Origin: Octopus sinensis
Lineage: Eukaryota
Length of the DNA stretch: 64,000 bases
Reading direction: 5' to 3'
NCBI RefSeq assembly: GCF_006345805.1
Contig: NC_042999.1
Span: forward strand, 26,970,001 to 27,034,000
The notes beneath the pieces were generated by a model. The model ran no database searches, had not been told where the DNA came from, and worked only from the letters and a program-made list of their open reading frames with translations. The position numbers were made by a program, and so were the translations under genes. Shown here one piece after another: positions 51,141-64,000 of this stretch (the first letter of the stretch is position 1; every line of letters begins with the position of its first letter).

Positions 51141-53694
51141 ATTCTGAGACACCACAGTCGACGACTCATGTAGGAAGTCGTCACTGGTTAAAATTAATTC
51201 GGATATGGACTAATTGAAAAAGTAGATCATGAAGGTGTTATCAGGTAATTTTTGCTATATCGGAAGAACTCTTTGGCCCACTTCTAGAACCAACGACACT
51301 ACACTAAAAAGAAGAGAAAGTTCACATGGTGGTGTACTTCACAACGAGAAAGCTTGACTCCTGCACTAAAACGAAGCATATTTTTTTAATAAGCCGGAGA
51401 AACGAAATTGCAAGTGACCTACAAAATAAATTAACAACTTGCTTACTTTCTAATTATAGTATAGAAATAACTGTAGATGATTATCTGTTTGGCGTGCTCG
51501 ATCTCTTGAAAAGCGAAGATAAGTATTCTAGTTGTGTATGATTAAAGTATAACATGATACAAAATAGTGTATTAATAGATTTATGCAAATATGTGAGCAT
51601 TGATGAATTTGAGTAAATGTAGGATTAACATAATATATTTATATATATATATATATATATATAGCAAAATATAATTTTATTTAAATGTTCCCATAATAAA
51701 AATGAGATCACGTTACGTAAAATGTTAGAGAATGAACGACTTTTATATAACTCTAGAACAAAGTGATAATCTTTATAGAAAATTCCTAGAAGTATCACAA
51801 TTCACACAATTGGTGTATTGAGTCAATTCCCTCACGAATTACCTTATTAATCCTAAAACTGAATTTAGAAAACTCTAGCAGATGGTGTCATTACGTATTT
51901 ATCTAATTTTCCTTGTATTTCAGTGTATCCACAACAAAAGGAAAGCACGGAAAATCCGAGAATTAGTCCGAATACTCAAAATAGAATATCCTGCCTTAAA
52001 ATTACCGCGGTTATAGTAATAATCTAGTTGACAAATCAAATGTATCATCAAAGAAAAAAATGCACTATTCCATACAAGCACAGTTCACAGACGAATGCAA
52101 AGTGTACCAGAAAATAGTTAATCAAATGCAGAACTATACCTCAACTAGTTGGTCTTAGTCAGGAACGGTAAGAGAAAGAAAACTATGAATTGGTTTAATC
52201 CAAGTTTATTATTTAAGTCTATATATACAAGTTACAAGAAATAATACAAGCTGATTTTTGCATTCTTACTTCGTATTTCAGTATATCGGGGTTGGGACCT
52301 CTACTTCCAGAAACCTTCGGAGAAATGGTGTAGTATGCTGATATTCTATATACTAAGCCCAACTATAATCACGACTCACTCTCTACTGTTCCATTTTATA
52401 ATTCCCCAATTTTTCCTAGAATTAACCCTGCTTTTATTAAAAGCTGTCAATAATTCTCTGCATACAGTATATTGATCATTTTCATATGGTCTAATATCGG
52501 TCTAATTTCTCTCTCTCTCTCACTCTCTCTCTATCTCCCTCCCTCTCTCTCTCTATCTATCTCTGTATATGTGTGCACGCGTATGACTATAAGTCTGTGT
52601 GTGTGTGTTTTAATTCCTTTCATTTCATTCACAGCACGCCTGTCTGGCGGAAGCATCAGAACTGTTATACTTGAGGAATTTTATGAAATCTATAGAATTA
52701 TTAAGGGTTGCAGGTTTACTGATAACGTCTAGAGACATTTTACTAATTGCTGATTTACGTACACAATAATAAATCAATTACTGCAGAATTATATTGAAGT
52801 TTCTCAATAGAATTATCTAGGATAGAAATCCGTTACTAAGTGATATTATACATTGCATCGTTTACAGATCTTTTTAAAATGTATATGATTTATTCAAAAG
52901 CATTTAACAAACCATAAAACGTTCGCAATTGGATCATTGTAGGCAAGCTCTCGTTCATTAAGGCAATACATAAACATTTTTGTTTTTACTATTTTTAACA
53001 CCATCTAAGATATTTTTTAATGATAAAGTATCAATGGCTTAACACTCTATGCGTGATATATACTCATTTGGTAGGTGCAAGATAAATGTTTCAGACGTAC
53101 AGTTTGTGAGTGCAGAGTATTATATACGATAGTACTAATTTGTACATTGCAAATGTGCTTTTCGCTATATTCAATGAAACTCAACAGAAATCAGAATTTA
53201 ACTTCCATATGATAAGTACAATTAAAATAAGATACCTAAATATAGCGGAAAGAAGAAATCGATAAACAGAGGAATTTAAAAACGAATAACTTTCGATAAC
53301 GCTGTTAAAACAGAATCTTCTAAACATATCTTAACAAAAAGAGATAACATTCGGTCTTTGTGTCAACAAGAGAAGTTTTATATTCACTGTTGTATATTTC
53401 ATCAGGTAAATTTATTACAATTTTTGCCTTCCTTTCCTCAGTTATATGATTTTCGATTGTTATTTTGTCTTTATTCGTCATTTTCCTTTATTTTCAGCAT
53501 TATGGTAATGGCTATTAGACCTTGATTTGCCTACTGATTTATTTTAAAATTGCATTTCAATTTCCATCTCCGTAGACACTTTAATTCGTTAGGCATTATT
53601 ATATTTGTTCTGATTATATTTTATCAGAGCTCATGGCCCCGTAGTATCAAATTTTCCCTTCACCCATCTCCTAAAAATGTTTACTTCGTTGGAT

Positions 53695-54200
53695 ATTGAT
53701 GTCTTGCAAACAACTTGCACATGCAAGTGCTACCAGTCAAAAACTCCGTATACCGGAAACCAGCAAGTGTATGGGGTCATCAGGAGAGAAAGCGCGCCGT
53801 TTCGAGGCCTACCTCTCGACGTCATCAATGCGCCCCCCCTCACTGATATGAGGCCCCGCTTGCTACATCAGCTGGTTATCAGATAATGCTCAATATCCTT
53901 CTAGCCATCGCTCATTGTCTCTTTTTAGCCAAATCCAGTGGCTAGCCTTCTCCACTGTAGATTGGATATCAGTCATGGTGGTATTGACTTTACGATGAGT
54001 TAGGCCAAGCGATAACAACAGTCGTCTCACACTGTGTCCAACGAACCCTCTACATCCGACTTCGATTGAAAAATGTTTCGCTTTCCAGCCTGCGTCGTCA
54101 CATTCCTCGAGGAGGTTTACATAACGGTTAAATTTTCGATCCCGAGCGGCGTCTATATTATCTTCATGATATTGTATAATTGTCAATTTCTTTACCTTGT
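53695..54200 (-). mobile_element. HERO/R2-group non-LTR 3' end (REL endonuclease C-terminus and 3' UTR)
   Basis: EDNIDAARDRKFNRYVNLLEECDDAGWKAKHFSIEVGCRGFVG...ASHWIWLKR, typical of HERO-like REL domains. Confidence 0.75.
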
Positions 54201-54476
54201 AAAAGTTTTTAGGTTCTCGCCCAATAACATATTTATTATCTATTTCGCATCGCCCATTCCCATACAACTAAACCTTCACTCCTGTCATTTTCCTTTTCTC
54301 CCTTTCTAAATATGTTTGTTTTCTTTTGTTTTTTCACTTTTGTGCTCCTCATTTATCATGTTTTTATATTGACTCTTCCCAATCTTTCTTTGCTTCTTTC
54401 CTTCTGTGTTATCATTTTTTTACTATCATGTATAACTCATATGGATTTTTTTACGAAAACAAAGTATTTACATTAT

Positions 54477-54553
54477 CCAGCCTTCATCAGGTGTCTTGGG
54501 GAAATATCGAACCTAGGTTCTCATTCCTAAGGGATTTTTCGATGTTGTTGTTG

Positions 54554-54617
<64 letters not shown>

Positions 54618-54850
54618 GTTATTATTCAGGTCAATGCCTGGAATCGAACTCAGAAACACGGGGTTAGTGGACCGCGTTCTTAACCACTACGCCATAATAA
54701 TGATAATAACATCGAAAAATACCTTAGGAATGAGAGCCCAGGTTCGAAATTTTCCCCAAGACACCTGATGAAGGCTGGAGGGTATATCAGCCGAAACGTT
54801 GTGTTAACAACAAAAAAGATGAGGACAAATATTCGTTAAATGCAAATTAT
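54477..54850. repeat. Inverted pair of a Penelope-type HHR-bearing repeat (54477-54547 truncated, minus; 54708 onward, plus)
   Basis: ~70-bp arms are reverse complements; spacer holds (GTT)n(TAT)n and a tRNA-like head fragment. Confidence 0.8.
54761..54804 (+). ncRNA. Minimal type-I hammerhead ribozyme motif (GUU triplet)
   Basis: acac-CTGATGA-a-ggctg/cagcc-GAAA-C-GTT-gtgt; stem III reduced to the palindrome aacgtt. Confidence 0.72.
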
Positions 54851-57800
54851 CTAAATAATATACATAAGTCGTCATCTCTTAAATATAGAACTGTATGAGT
54901 ATGTTTAAATTTTAACAAACGAAATGGGAAAATATCATATATGTGAAAACCGATTCAAAACTGATTATAAAATAAGATGGTAATGGAATTAATTCACTGA
55001 TGATGAATATAATCTACTATAAAAATCACCCTTTATCCAAGTTTGAGGACAAAAGTTGTAAAATATTTAAGGACTACAGTCAGCAGATAATAATACAAAC
55101 ATTTAACGTCCTCGGAATTTCGACTGAAAATGCATAACTGATAATAAAAACAACTGTACAACCATTTTTAAATGCTAAACAATTACTCTTTTTATGGAAT
55201 CCAAATCATTTCTCAACAGTAATATCATAAATGATGCTAGCAGAGAACTTTTTTGTTGAAACTATCTTCACTCAAATGATTGAAAATTAGGACCAATAGG
55301 GGTATGTCAATTTTCTGAAACTCACCGATTTAGTAATCTTTTGGATGCATTTTTTAAACCGTAAGTGGAAAATATAAATTACTACACGAGTAAAATATTA
55401 GTTATGTTAAAACATCGTTCATACATGACGAATATAGAAATCTACATAGCCTGACCTGATTTAGTTAGCCACTATATAAATATACTGTAAACAATTTTAG
55501 CTTCACAAAAACCCTTAGAAATTGACTGACCTCATAGGAGAAGCTGTCATTGAACGGCTCCAAATTGTTATAGAAAAGTTCATATTTCAATTTTAAACAA
55601 GCAATGTAGAGACAAATTTTTTGAAAAAACAAAAGAAACCACAGAAGTAAATTTATTATTAGAATAATCTGAAATAAACATATTTAAAAACATAATCTAA
55701 AAATAGATGGAAACTTTTGCTACAGTTAGTTGAATGCAAACTAAAGATAATATTTAACTGATTGCTAGTTGTTTTATCTCGCAGGTAGAAAATTGACATT
55801 CGACATTCTAACTATACGACTTTACTAATTCATATTCACAGTAACATATAATTTGCTATAATGTACAGCAAGCCTAAATTTTACTTTTCACTATACTATT
55901 TCTAGAAACTCTGAATAAGATAGAAACATAGAAATGTTATAAATCAAGAGAAGCAAAGCAATATTTAATTTTTACTATATACTATCTGAAATTCACGAGA
56001 AGCGATATTCTTTTCAATCTAAAGACAAGAATATGTGATCGTTTCAGATTCGAATATTCGGAAAGCAAGACTATAGGAAGATACTTTGATTGAAAGATTT
56101 TATTCCCCCTCGTTAATAAAGAACATTACCCCCATTACCCCACATAATACTAAAGATATTGAAACCATTAAATTAAATCACAATTTTCCACGCTGAAAAT
56201 GCGACTAAAACAAAGAACTTTACTGAACGAGTTATGCGAAAGCAAAAACTAGCCAAGATTGCTAAAGAAACCTTTACAAATGTTAATTTACTTACCTATG
56301 TTATATTAAACCCAAGAGTAAAAAAATATTAGGATGATCAAATTTAAGGAATTATATATATACATCCTAAGGTTCAAAGATCCATTTAAAAAAAAGGACA
56401 GAGTTATTTTAAATAAAAAAATATCTGAAAATCTAGCTTTTGACATTGCATACCTTGAATTTAGTAAGAGTTATGTATGAGTCAGGCATGTCTCGTAGAA
56501 AAAGTTCAGAGTACGTTGACGCAAAACGCACAACTGGCACATTAGAAATATTCAACTGGGCGAACATTTAGATCAATATGCATGAATTTGGTGCCTGAAT
56601 TTTTAACTACTCACATTATACAACATAAATTTAAGATAGAAATAGTTTTAATTCAAACATATTAGTAAAAGTTCAATCGATAACGCTTATTTTTTATTAA
56701 AATACCAGCATTTGTGGAAATACAATCGTCAGAGCTATATGAATATTTAAATATGAGCTTACATCCTTTGTTAAATGCACTAATAACAAATTTAAATTAC
56801 GAACATATATTGTATTAACTCTTTGTTATCTAACTTGCCCACAATGAAGCTACGTCCGGTTGACGTTACCTATTAAAGGCAAGCTTTACAGTTAGATATT
56901 TCATAACACTCTTCTATGGGACGTGAATCCGGTAGATAATACCTGCGTGCAACAAATTACTTTAGAAGACATAAGAAAAAATAGAGGCATAATTTGATTG
57001 CAATAATATATTTTAGAATAATATTATTAATTACAACACAAACGGATCTATAACAGACAAGCGGCAAATGCTGGATTCGCGTGAAAGACATATTTTATGG
57101 TTAGTGTTTCATTTATATATCAGTTGTATTAACTAATCGATGTTTCTTTAAATATTATACTAGAAGATGGTATAATTGATTGCTTACTTTCGTGTCAGAT
57201 GTACCTATTGTAGGACAATCAATTGATTTACATTTATAAGCATGCTTCATTACGGTTTGACTTCAGGAGACCGTGAGCACGTTAGCTTACCGAAGCATAC
57301 CTAATTTGATCACCTGCTGTTTCATGAAAAAATATAAATATAATAAATGGAAAAAAGATATTGCAAGTGAATTTGTATCATCATTTTTTTTTAATTGCTT
57401 GTTTCAGTTCTAGCGATAAACTACACTCACAATTAGTTTTAGAGTTTTGTACACACATTTATCCAGAGAATATATGTGTGTGCGGCGTTTGCGTGCGTGT
57501 ACATGTTTATATTTGTCCACTCGCTACTGTATTGCTTGATACCCGGTTACAGATTCGCCTCTATTTAAATCTGTTCTCTAAAACTGATCGACATAGAAGA
57601 CAAGGGTTGTTTTGTACGACTAAACACTTCAGTGAGTGTAACAAGAGAAATTCGAGTCAAAATCATATAATACAATGGAATTAAATTTACCTACATATAA
57701 ATTATGAAGCTAAGCCGAACATGTATTTACAATTTCAAAGTTTTCTATGATATTTTTCACAGTACTCATGAAAATGTTTCACATTAAAAATATTTATAGA

Positions 57801-57966
57801 CGTGGGTAACAAATCGGATCTCGTAGAAACAAAAGAATTTCGGGCTGTTGAAAATAATTTGTATGAGCACGCGCGAATATGCATGAAGATGTAATTTATT
57901 ATATAACGTGAAGTAATAAGCATACATACGTTCATATATATGTGTGTGTTGGTGTGTGTATGTGTA

Positions 57967-58016
<50 letters not shown>

Positions 58017-58018
<2 letters not shown>

Positions 58019-58325
58019 AGGCACAATGGCCCAATGGTTAGGGCAGAGGACTACTGGTCGTGGGATCGTGGTTTCGATTCCCAGACCGGGCTTTGTGTGT
58101 GTTGCTTGAGGGAAACCACCTAAAGCTCCATGAAGCTCCGGCAGCGGGTCGTGGCGATCCCTGCTGTACTATTTCGCCACAACTTTCTCTCACTCTTTTT
58201 GTCTGCTGGCTTGCTCACTTAGCCAGCGGGGTGGCGTCATTTGAAGGGTAAACCAATGCGCTTCGCATTGTGAACAGCGATGTGTAGCAACATCTGATAG
58301 CCTGGTCGGTCACGGTGATCACGGT
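58017..58325 (+). mobile_element. Family-3 SINE, partial or variant 3' end
   Basis: Head gaggcacaatggcccaatggttaggg...ggtttcgattcccagaccggg, homologous to 46453-46843. Confidence 0.85.
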
Positions 58326-58326
58326 G

Positions 58327-58409
<83 letters not shown>

Positions 58410-58500
58410 AATGGACAGTTTACGAAAATAAACAAAGACGAAGGCAGGTGGAGTACAAACAAACAAATGTATTAGTATAGCGCTCAGGAATAGAAAAAGT

Positions 58501-58536
58501 CTTTTACGTTTCGAGCCTACTCTCTTCGACAGAAAG
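58501..58536 (-). ncRNA. Hammerhead-like motif with variant core (CUGUCGA) in a ~190-bp insertion between (TA)n tracts
   Basis: Minus strand cttt-CTGTCGA-a-gag/ctc-GAAA-C-GTA-aaag. Confidence 0.5.
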
Positions 58537-58591
58537 ATTCACAGAAAGAAAACAAGTAGAGAAATAAAAAGCGTGTAGGAGCTAATGATCT

Positions 58592-58638
<47 letters not shown>

Positions 58639-59817
58639 ATTTATGTGTTTGAGTAATATAAAAGTATAGCTTTTCATAATTTGTTTTAGAATGCGTATTT
58701 TTTTTAGTTATTTATAATAGACAAGCAAAAAACAAAAGCACAATGGAATACGCTTACACACATTCAGAAATATAAATATACATGTATTTATAAACTTATG
58801 TGTCTCTATAAGCCTCCGCACGTGTGTGTCTGCTTATGTGTAAAAGTTAAAAGCCATGCTCAAAGGGAAACAAGAAACAGGAATTCCACTCAGCTGCAAA
58901 GAATCTCATACACTACAATACAAAATTAATTTTCTCTTATATATTTGAGTACAGGACGTGAATTATTTTGCAAAATCTAAGCACATCAACAAATATTTTC
59001 TAATCAGCAGCCTTAACCACCATCATTCAATAAGCCCCCATCACTATGTAAACGAGGCCATTACTTATCAAAGAGAGCAGAATACAATATTATTGTAATA
59101 TAATTCTATTCACCATATTTACATTGATTGTTTTTTCTTTAACCTATATTTTCCCATTCTCCACTTACTCCTACTCCTCTTTTTCTGATTCCTCTAAACA
59201 CTATGGCAATACCTGGATATTTTTTCTTTTACATCTCCACATCAAGCATTGTTCTTTCCTCAAATAGAGCAGAGTATTGCCCAAAGCCACCGCTACAAAT
59301 AGGATTGTATATGATCCTATAGAAAATATCATGCTTTTTGACGGCACAGTTACTGCTTAGGTATATGAATATGTTTAGGTATATATATATATATCTCAAA
59401 CAAGCAGGGATTCATATTTGAGCCTAATGATCACCAAATACGTGTTTGTCAGTAGTAGACTTTTACTTTTTATGTATATCACCTTTGTTTTCTTATGTAC
59501 TTATATTTTACGACACACATACTTCTACTCACAGGAATATATATGCATTTGTATGTATTTACATATGTGTATAAATTTATGTGTGTTTCTGTAGATTTTC
59601 AAGTTAGAGTCAAGTAGAAAAGCAGATGTATTAGAAAATGAATGTACACCCATGTAGATTTCATACAACAATGCAGGTGTTTCTTTGCATACATACGCGC
59701 ACGCACACTCACACACACACACACACACAAACACAGAGACACACACACACACACCTATATATATATACAGAGAGAAAGAGAATGGATAGACAAAGATAGT
59801 TAGATGGATATTTATAT

Positions 59818-59849
<32 letters not shown>

Positions 59850-59867
59850 ATATATATATATATATAT

Positions 59868-59980
<113 letters not shown>

Positions 59981-60459
59981 ACCTTGATACTAGTTGAAAT
60001 GTGTTTGGGAGATACTTCAGCCCGCATGAAGAAAGTAGTTTGTGATGGAGAATTATTCTCGCTGTAAACAAAATGATCTAACCACACTATGTTTTGTTCG
60101 CAGCGTCATTCTGTAGATTAATGGGTTCATGCATTTCGCAGTAGTTATTTTCCTATTAGCATCAAATTACCAAGAGAGGCAGCCTCGAAGTAACAAAGTG
60201 ATTAGATCAGATATTTTGGTTAGCAGCACTCCTCAGCTGCAGTGAGAATACAAGCTGCGTTGAATAGTATTTTTGCAGGTTCAAATATATTATTTACATT
60301 AAGTATGAGCCTTTGTATTCGTGTACATAGGCACTGTTAAATTAGGGAACATAATTTTTCATAATTCTGTGTCGCGATGTAATCATAAATTATAAGTAAA
60401 TCTTATAATAATTGTTTTGTAATTTACTGAAGGATCACTAATTTTGGGAAGCACTGTGT

Positions 60460-60850
60460 AGTCGGTTACATCGACTACAGAACTTAACATTCACTATAAT
60501 TTATCGATCATGATGAGATGAAAGACGAAGTTCACCGCGACACGATTTGAACTCAATAAATGAGGAAGCACAAGGAATATGGCTTGTGATTTTTCCGACG
60601 TTCTAAAGATTTTAACAGTTCACCATATTTAGGTATATAATACAAATTTCAATTTTCGGCACAAAGACACAAATTTGGCGGGGGGAGATTAATCGATTAC
60701 ACCGATCCCAGTGCTCAGTAAGTACTTATTTGATGGACTCCGAAAGAATAAAAGGCAAAGTCGACCTGGGAGGAATTTGAACTCAGACCATAAAAAAAAT
60801 ATGGACAAGCGGTTTTTCCGACGTTCTAACGATTTTCACAGTTTGCCATA
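60460..60850 (-). mobile_element. Two tandem degenerate family-1-related SINEs
   Basis: Two reverse-complement cores (atttgaactc; ttccgacgttctaa) at ~60460-60640 and ~60650-60850. Confidence 0.7.
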
Positions 60851-60878
60851 GTTAGGCAGGCATATAATATTATGAGAA

Positions 60879-61058
60879 GGAATAAGGCGGTGAGCTGGCA
60901 GAAACTTTAGCACGTCCTGAGTTCAAATTTCGCTGAGGTCAACTTTGCCTTTCATCCGTTCGTGGTCGATGAATTAAGTACATGTTGTTTATTGGAGTCG
61001 ATCTAATCGACTGGCACCCTCCCCTAAAATTTCAGGCCTTGTGCTTAAAGTAGAAAAG
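60879..61058 (+). mobile_element. Family-1-related SINE with TSD
   Basis: 13-bp TSD aatattatgagaa at 60866-60878 and 61059-61071. Confidence 0.85.
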
Positions 61059-62252
61059 AATATTATGAGAACGAATGAAAAAGCAACCACAATTATTCCG
61101 CACGACTCTATAGCAATTTGTGAGAAAAAGCTATAACGTTTAAAGCAAAACAAAAATGTAAAATTTTACGAAGTATATTGTTTTCACCATATCTTAAAAC
61201 CGTCAAGGAAATATTTTGCACTAACAGTTGGTTTGTTGCTTTTAACATGAGTAAATATTCTCTATGGTTTTTTTATTGTGCATATTCGCCGTTTGTAAAT
61301 ACCCGGTTGTAGTAACAGCAGAATATTTCTGAAGGTTAACTACAGCTTTTAGGAAAATATTCCATACACAATACAGACAGAATATGAAAATGAAATAACA
61401 ACAAGAGATGAGATGATAAGTCAAGTCACGTTTTAACTCTGAGTAACGATACGATTTCCATTAAGACAGTATTTTATTGGGTGTTTTTAATGTCTATAAA
61501 ACATTGTGTGCATTGTCGTGATCATTTGGCACGTTTAAGCAGCCATACATCCTAAAGCCATGTAAAAGGTCTGATGTTTCCATTGCGTTTTAATCAGATA
61601 TCATATATATAACACAAACGACTACACAAAAGCACCTACACGAATAGAAAGAGAGAGAGAGAAAGGGAGGTGAAGGAAAGAGAGAAAGGGAGAGAGGTAT
61701 GAGAGAAAGAGATAGTGGGGAAAGAGAGAGAGAGAGACATACAGATAAACGCCTTCGTATAGAACCAAAGCCATACACAAGCACATAGGCACACATACAG
61801 ATACACAAAACTCAAACATACGTACACAAATTTATGGAAATACAGAGAAAGAATGCAAAACAGCCAAAAAAGCAAATACGCACATACATGCTAGGAAGCG
61901 AATTCGCAAGCACACGCAAAGTGATACACAACAGGACACGCTCACAAAGATGCATACAAGCACCTCCCACAGATACACACACATGCACAAAGGTAAAGAG
62001 AAAGAACACATACACACAGACAGTATAACTGTATACACAGGTAAACACTCATGAAAATTATTGATACAAAACATACAAAAAAAAATGCATGCGCAAGCAC
62101 ACATTGTCTGTTACATATACAAAAACCATGCATAGACTAAAGCAGATTCATCCACACATAAACATGCCAAAACAAATACACACAAACACACACACACACA
62201 CACACACACACAACACACACACACACACACACGCACACACCACACACACACA

Positions 62253-62283
<31 letters not shown>

Positions 62284-63382
62284 AAGCCAACATCATCATT
62301 CACTGATTTGATCTGATGTAAATTTATAGATGAAAGGTCATAACACTAAGTCAATATTTGTAACCTTACTGGACAAACAGAAAAAGAACAGAACCTACTC
62401 GAAGGCAACAATTACTCGAAAATCCTTATTTCGAAATTTTAATGGACATGCTAACTTCACTGTAAAGTTGATCCAGTAAATCCTATTCCTCAGTTCCTTC
62501 AATAAACTTTTAAACTATGTCTTATTGCGAATGAGAACAAAATCACTATTATTGTTGTTGGTTACAATTGCATCTTAACGATGGGTATTAGATATCTTAC
62601 CCAGAAAAAATTACTACATTAACTGTGTTCCCACTTAAACAATTAATAAGCACGCTTGATATTCACAATGAGGATGGAAAAAATTAAGGTCTGCCATGAT
62701 AATATTTTCTCACGTGAATATCTTCCAGAAATATAAGCACATCGAACTCATGGTTAGACTCAAATAGTTCATCCATTACAGCCAAAGATATGATTAAGAT
62801 TCTACAAAATAATACACATATAATCACAAAACTCATACACAGGTACGGTGTTACATGGACACACAAGGAGACAGAGGTGCGCGCACACACACACACACAC
62901 GCATGCACTCTAGCACGTTACCCACACACATGCGCACAAACAAATAAAAAGAACGCAGTTCGGAGAACGGATAATGTCAACGACTATTAAAATGGTTGCA
63001 AGACGCAGCGAAAATTTTAGAAAAAAATAATGAAGTAAATGAGTGGAAACTGAACCAGGGCGTGTGTTAAACAATAAAGCACAAAAAGAGAAAGAGTATA
63101 CCGGTACACAACATTATATATATATATTGATACAAATGGTAAGACAACAAAAGAAAGAGACCTCAATATTATGTAAGTAGAGGAATTTATCTGTAAATGT
63201 AATATGTGACAATTATTCAGTAGCCATGATAAAACTCCGAGATTCAGATGCCATTTTGGGGAATTTTTCATAGCATTTTACCGATGACCAGATAACTGAA
63301 GAGATGGCGGGTGGATTTCCACCTCGGCATCCGAAACTCGGAGTTTTATCATAGCCTCCGAATAATTGTCACATATTACATT

Positions 63383-63420
<38 letters not shown>

Positions 63421-63559
63421 TGTATATATATGTATATGCATGCATATGTATATATATGTATATACATATATACACATATATGTATGTATATACATACATA
63501 CAGCTTGCGATGAATAAGTTGTCTTCTAAATTATGCAAAAATAAAATAACATCTCATTG

Positions 63560-63989
63560 TGTGTTATGGTGGAAAGTCCTGTTGCCAGTTATAGACTATT
63601 CCGGCGGCCACTCTCCTGACCAAGGAAGCACTAGCTCCTCCAGATACTTGATGTAGGCCTCGGTGTTGAGTTTGAGGCCGTGTAGGAAGATGATTGGAGG
63701 CATAACACCACCATCTCTAATGATTACTCCAAACATCATGATGTTGACTTGATGCTTGAATTTTATGACTCTCGGTAAATGTTCGTATTGGAAGCCCCAG
63801 CGCGAATGCCAAGCAGTACAGCCTGACCTTTCCAAATGCCTGGCGGTGTGAATTGCGTCATAATGCTGTTCTTCTCACAGAAGGTGTACAACTGACCCTG
63901 CCATACTGTGTAGTCGAGAAAATAAAAAAAAGTAAGCTGCATGTGCGAAATTAAAAATATTATAGGGCGGCAATTTTACCATCGCTCTG
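63560..63989 (-). mobile_element. Tc1/mariner-superfamily (maT/DD37D-like) remnant with one terminus
   Basis: KFKHQVNIMMFGVIIRDGGVMPPIIF.HGLKLNTEAYIKYLEE.VLPW motif; cag..-TA terminus near 63989. Confidence 0.65.
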
Positions 63990-64000
63990 TATATATGTAT

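Noticed and set aside
51920-52730. Several acceptor-like (Y)nCAG sites and one GTAAGA donor
   Set aside because: No frame stays open between acceptor and donor; cannot support a gene without RNA data.
53773-53835. Hammerhead-like words (TTGATGA, GAAAC, CTGATGA) in the HERO-like 3' UTR
   Set aside because: GAAAC is followed by GGC rather than an NUH triplet in both copies, and stems I and II do not register canonically.
56300-56700. FDIAYLEFSKSY resembling the CR1/L2 RT motif D.IYLDF.KAF
   Set aside because: Single weak motif amid many stops; too decayed to call.

Overview
AT-rich eukaryotic DNA saturated with microsatellites and transposons. The SINE families and repeat content resemble an octopus (coleoid cephalopod) genome; this is recognition, not a database match. 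No host protein-coding exon can be supported, so the window looks intronic or intergenic. Main content: (1) a ~6.1-kb, GC-richer, nearly intact Helitron (about 13.6-19.7 kb) with nine 23-aa STPR-like repeats, a HUH Rep domain, a PIF1 helicase and a hairpin-CTAG 3' end, broken only by three 1-nt frameshifts; (2) a near-intact DD34D mariner with 37-bp TIRs (24729-26022); (3) two Penelope-like remnants; (4) many Dong/R4-type and one HERO-like REL-endonuclease non-LTR fragments, most beside (AAT)n tracts; (5) at least three tRNA-SINE families. The most unusual signal is a set of hammerhead-ribozyme (HHR) motifs in four unrelated non-coding insertions at microsatellites. The best is a ~458-nt monomer present as about 1.5 tandem copies with a canonical GUC type-I hammerhead at the junction (37678-38359), a retrozyme-like layout. 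Also notable is a composite SINE array at 20.6-21.4 kb carrying 150 bp identical to the flank of another SINE locus 9 kb upstream (3' transduction or template switch).
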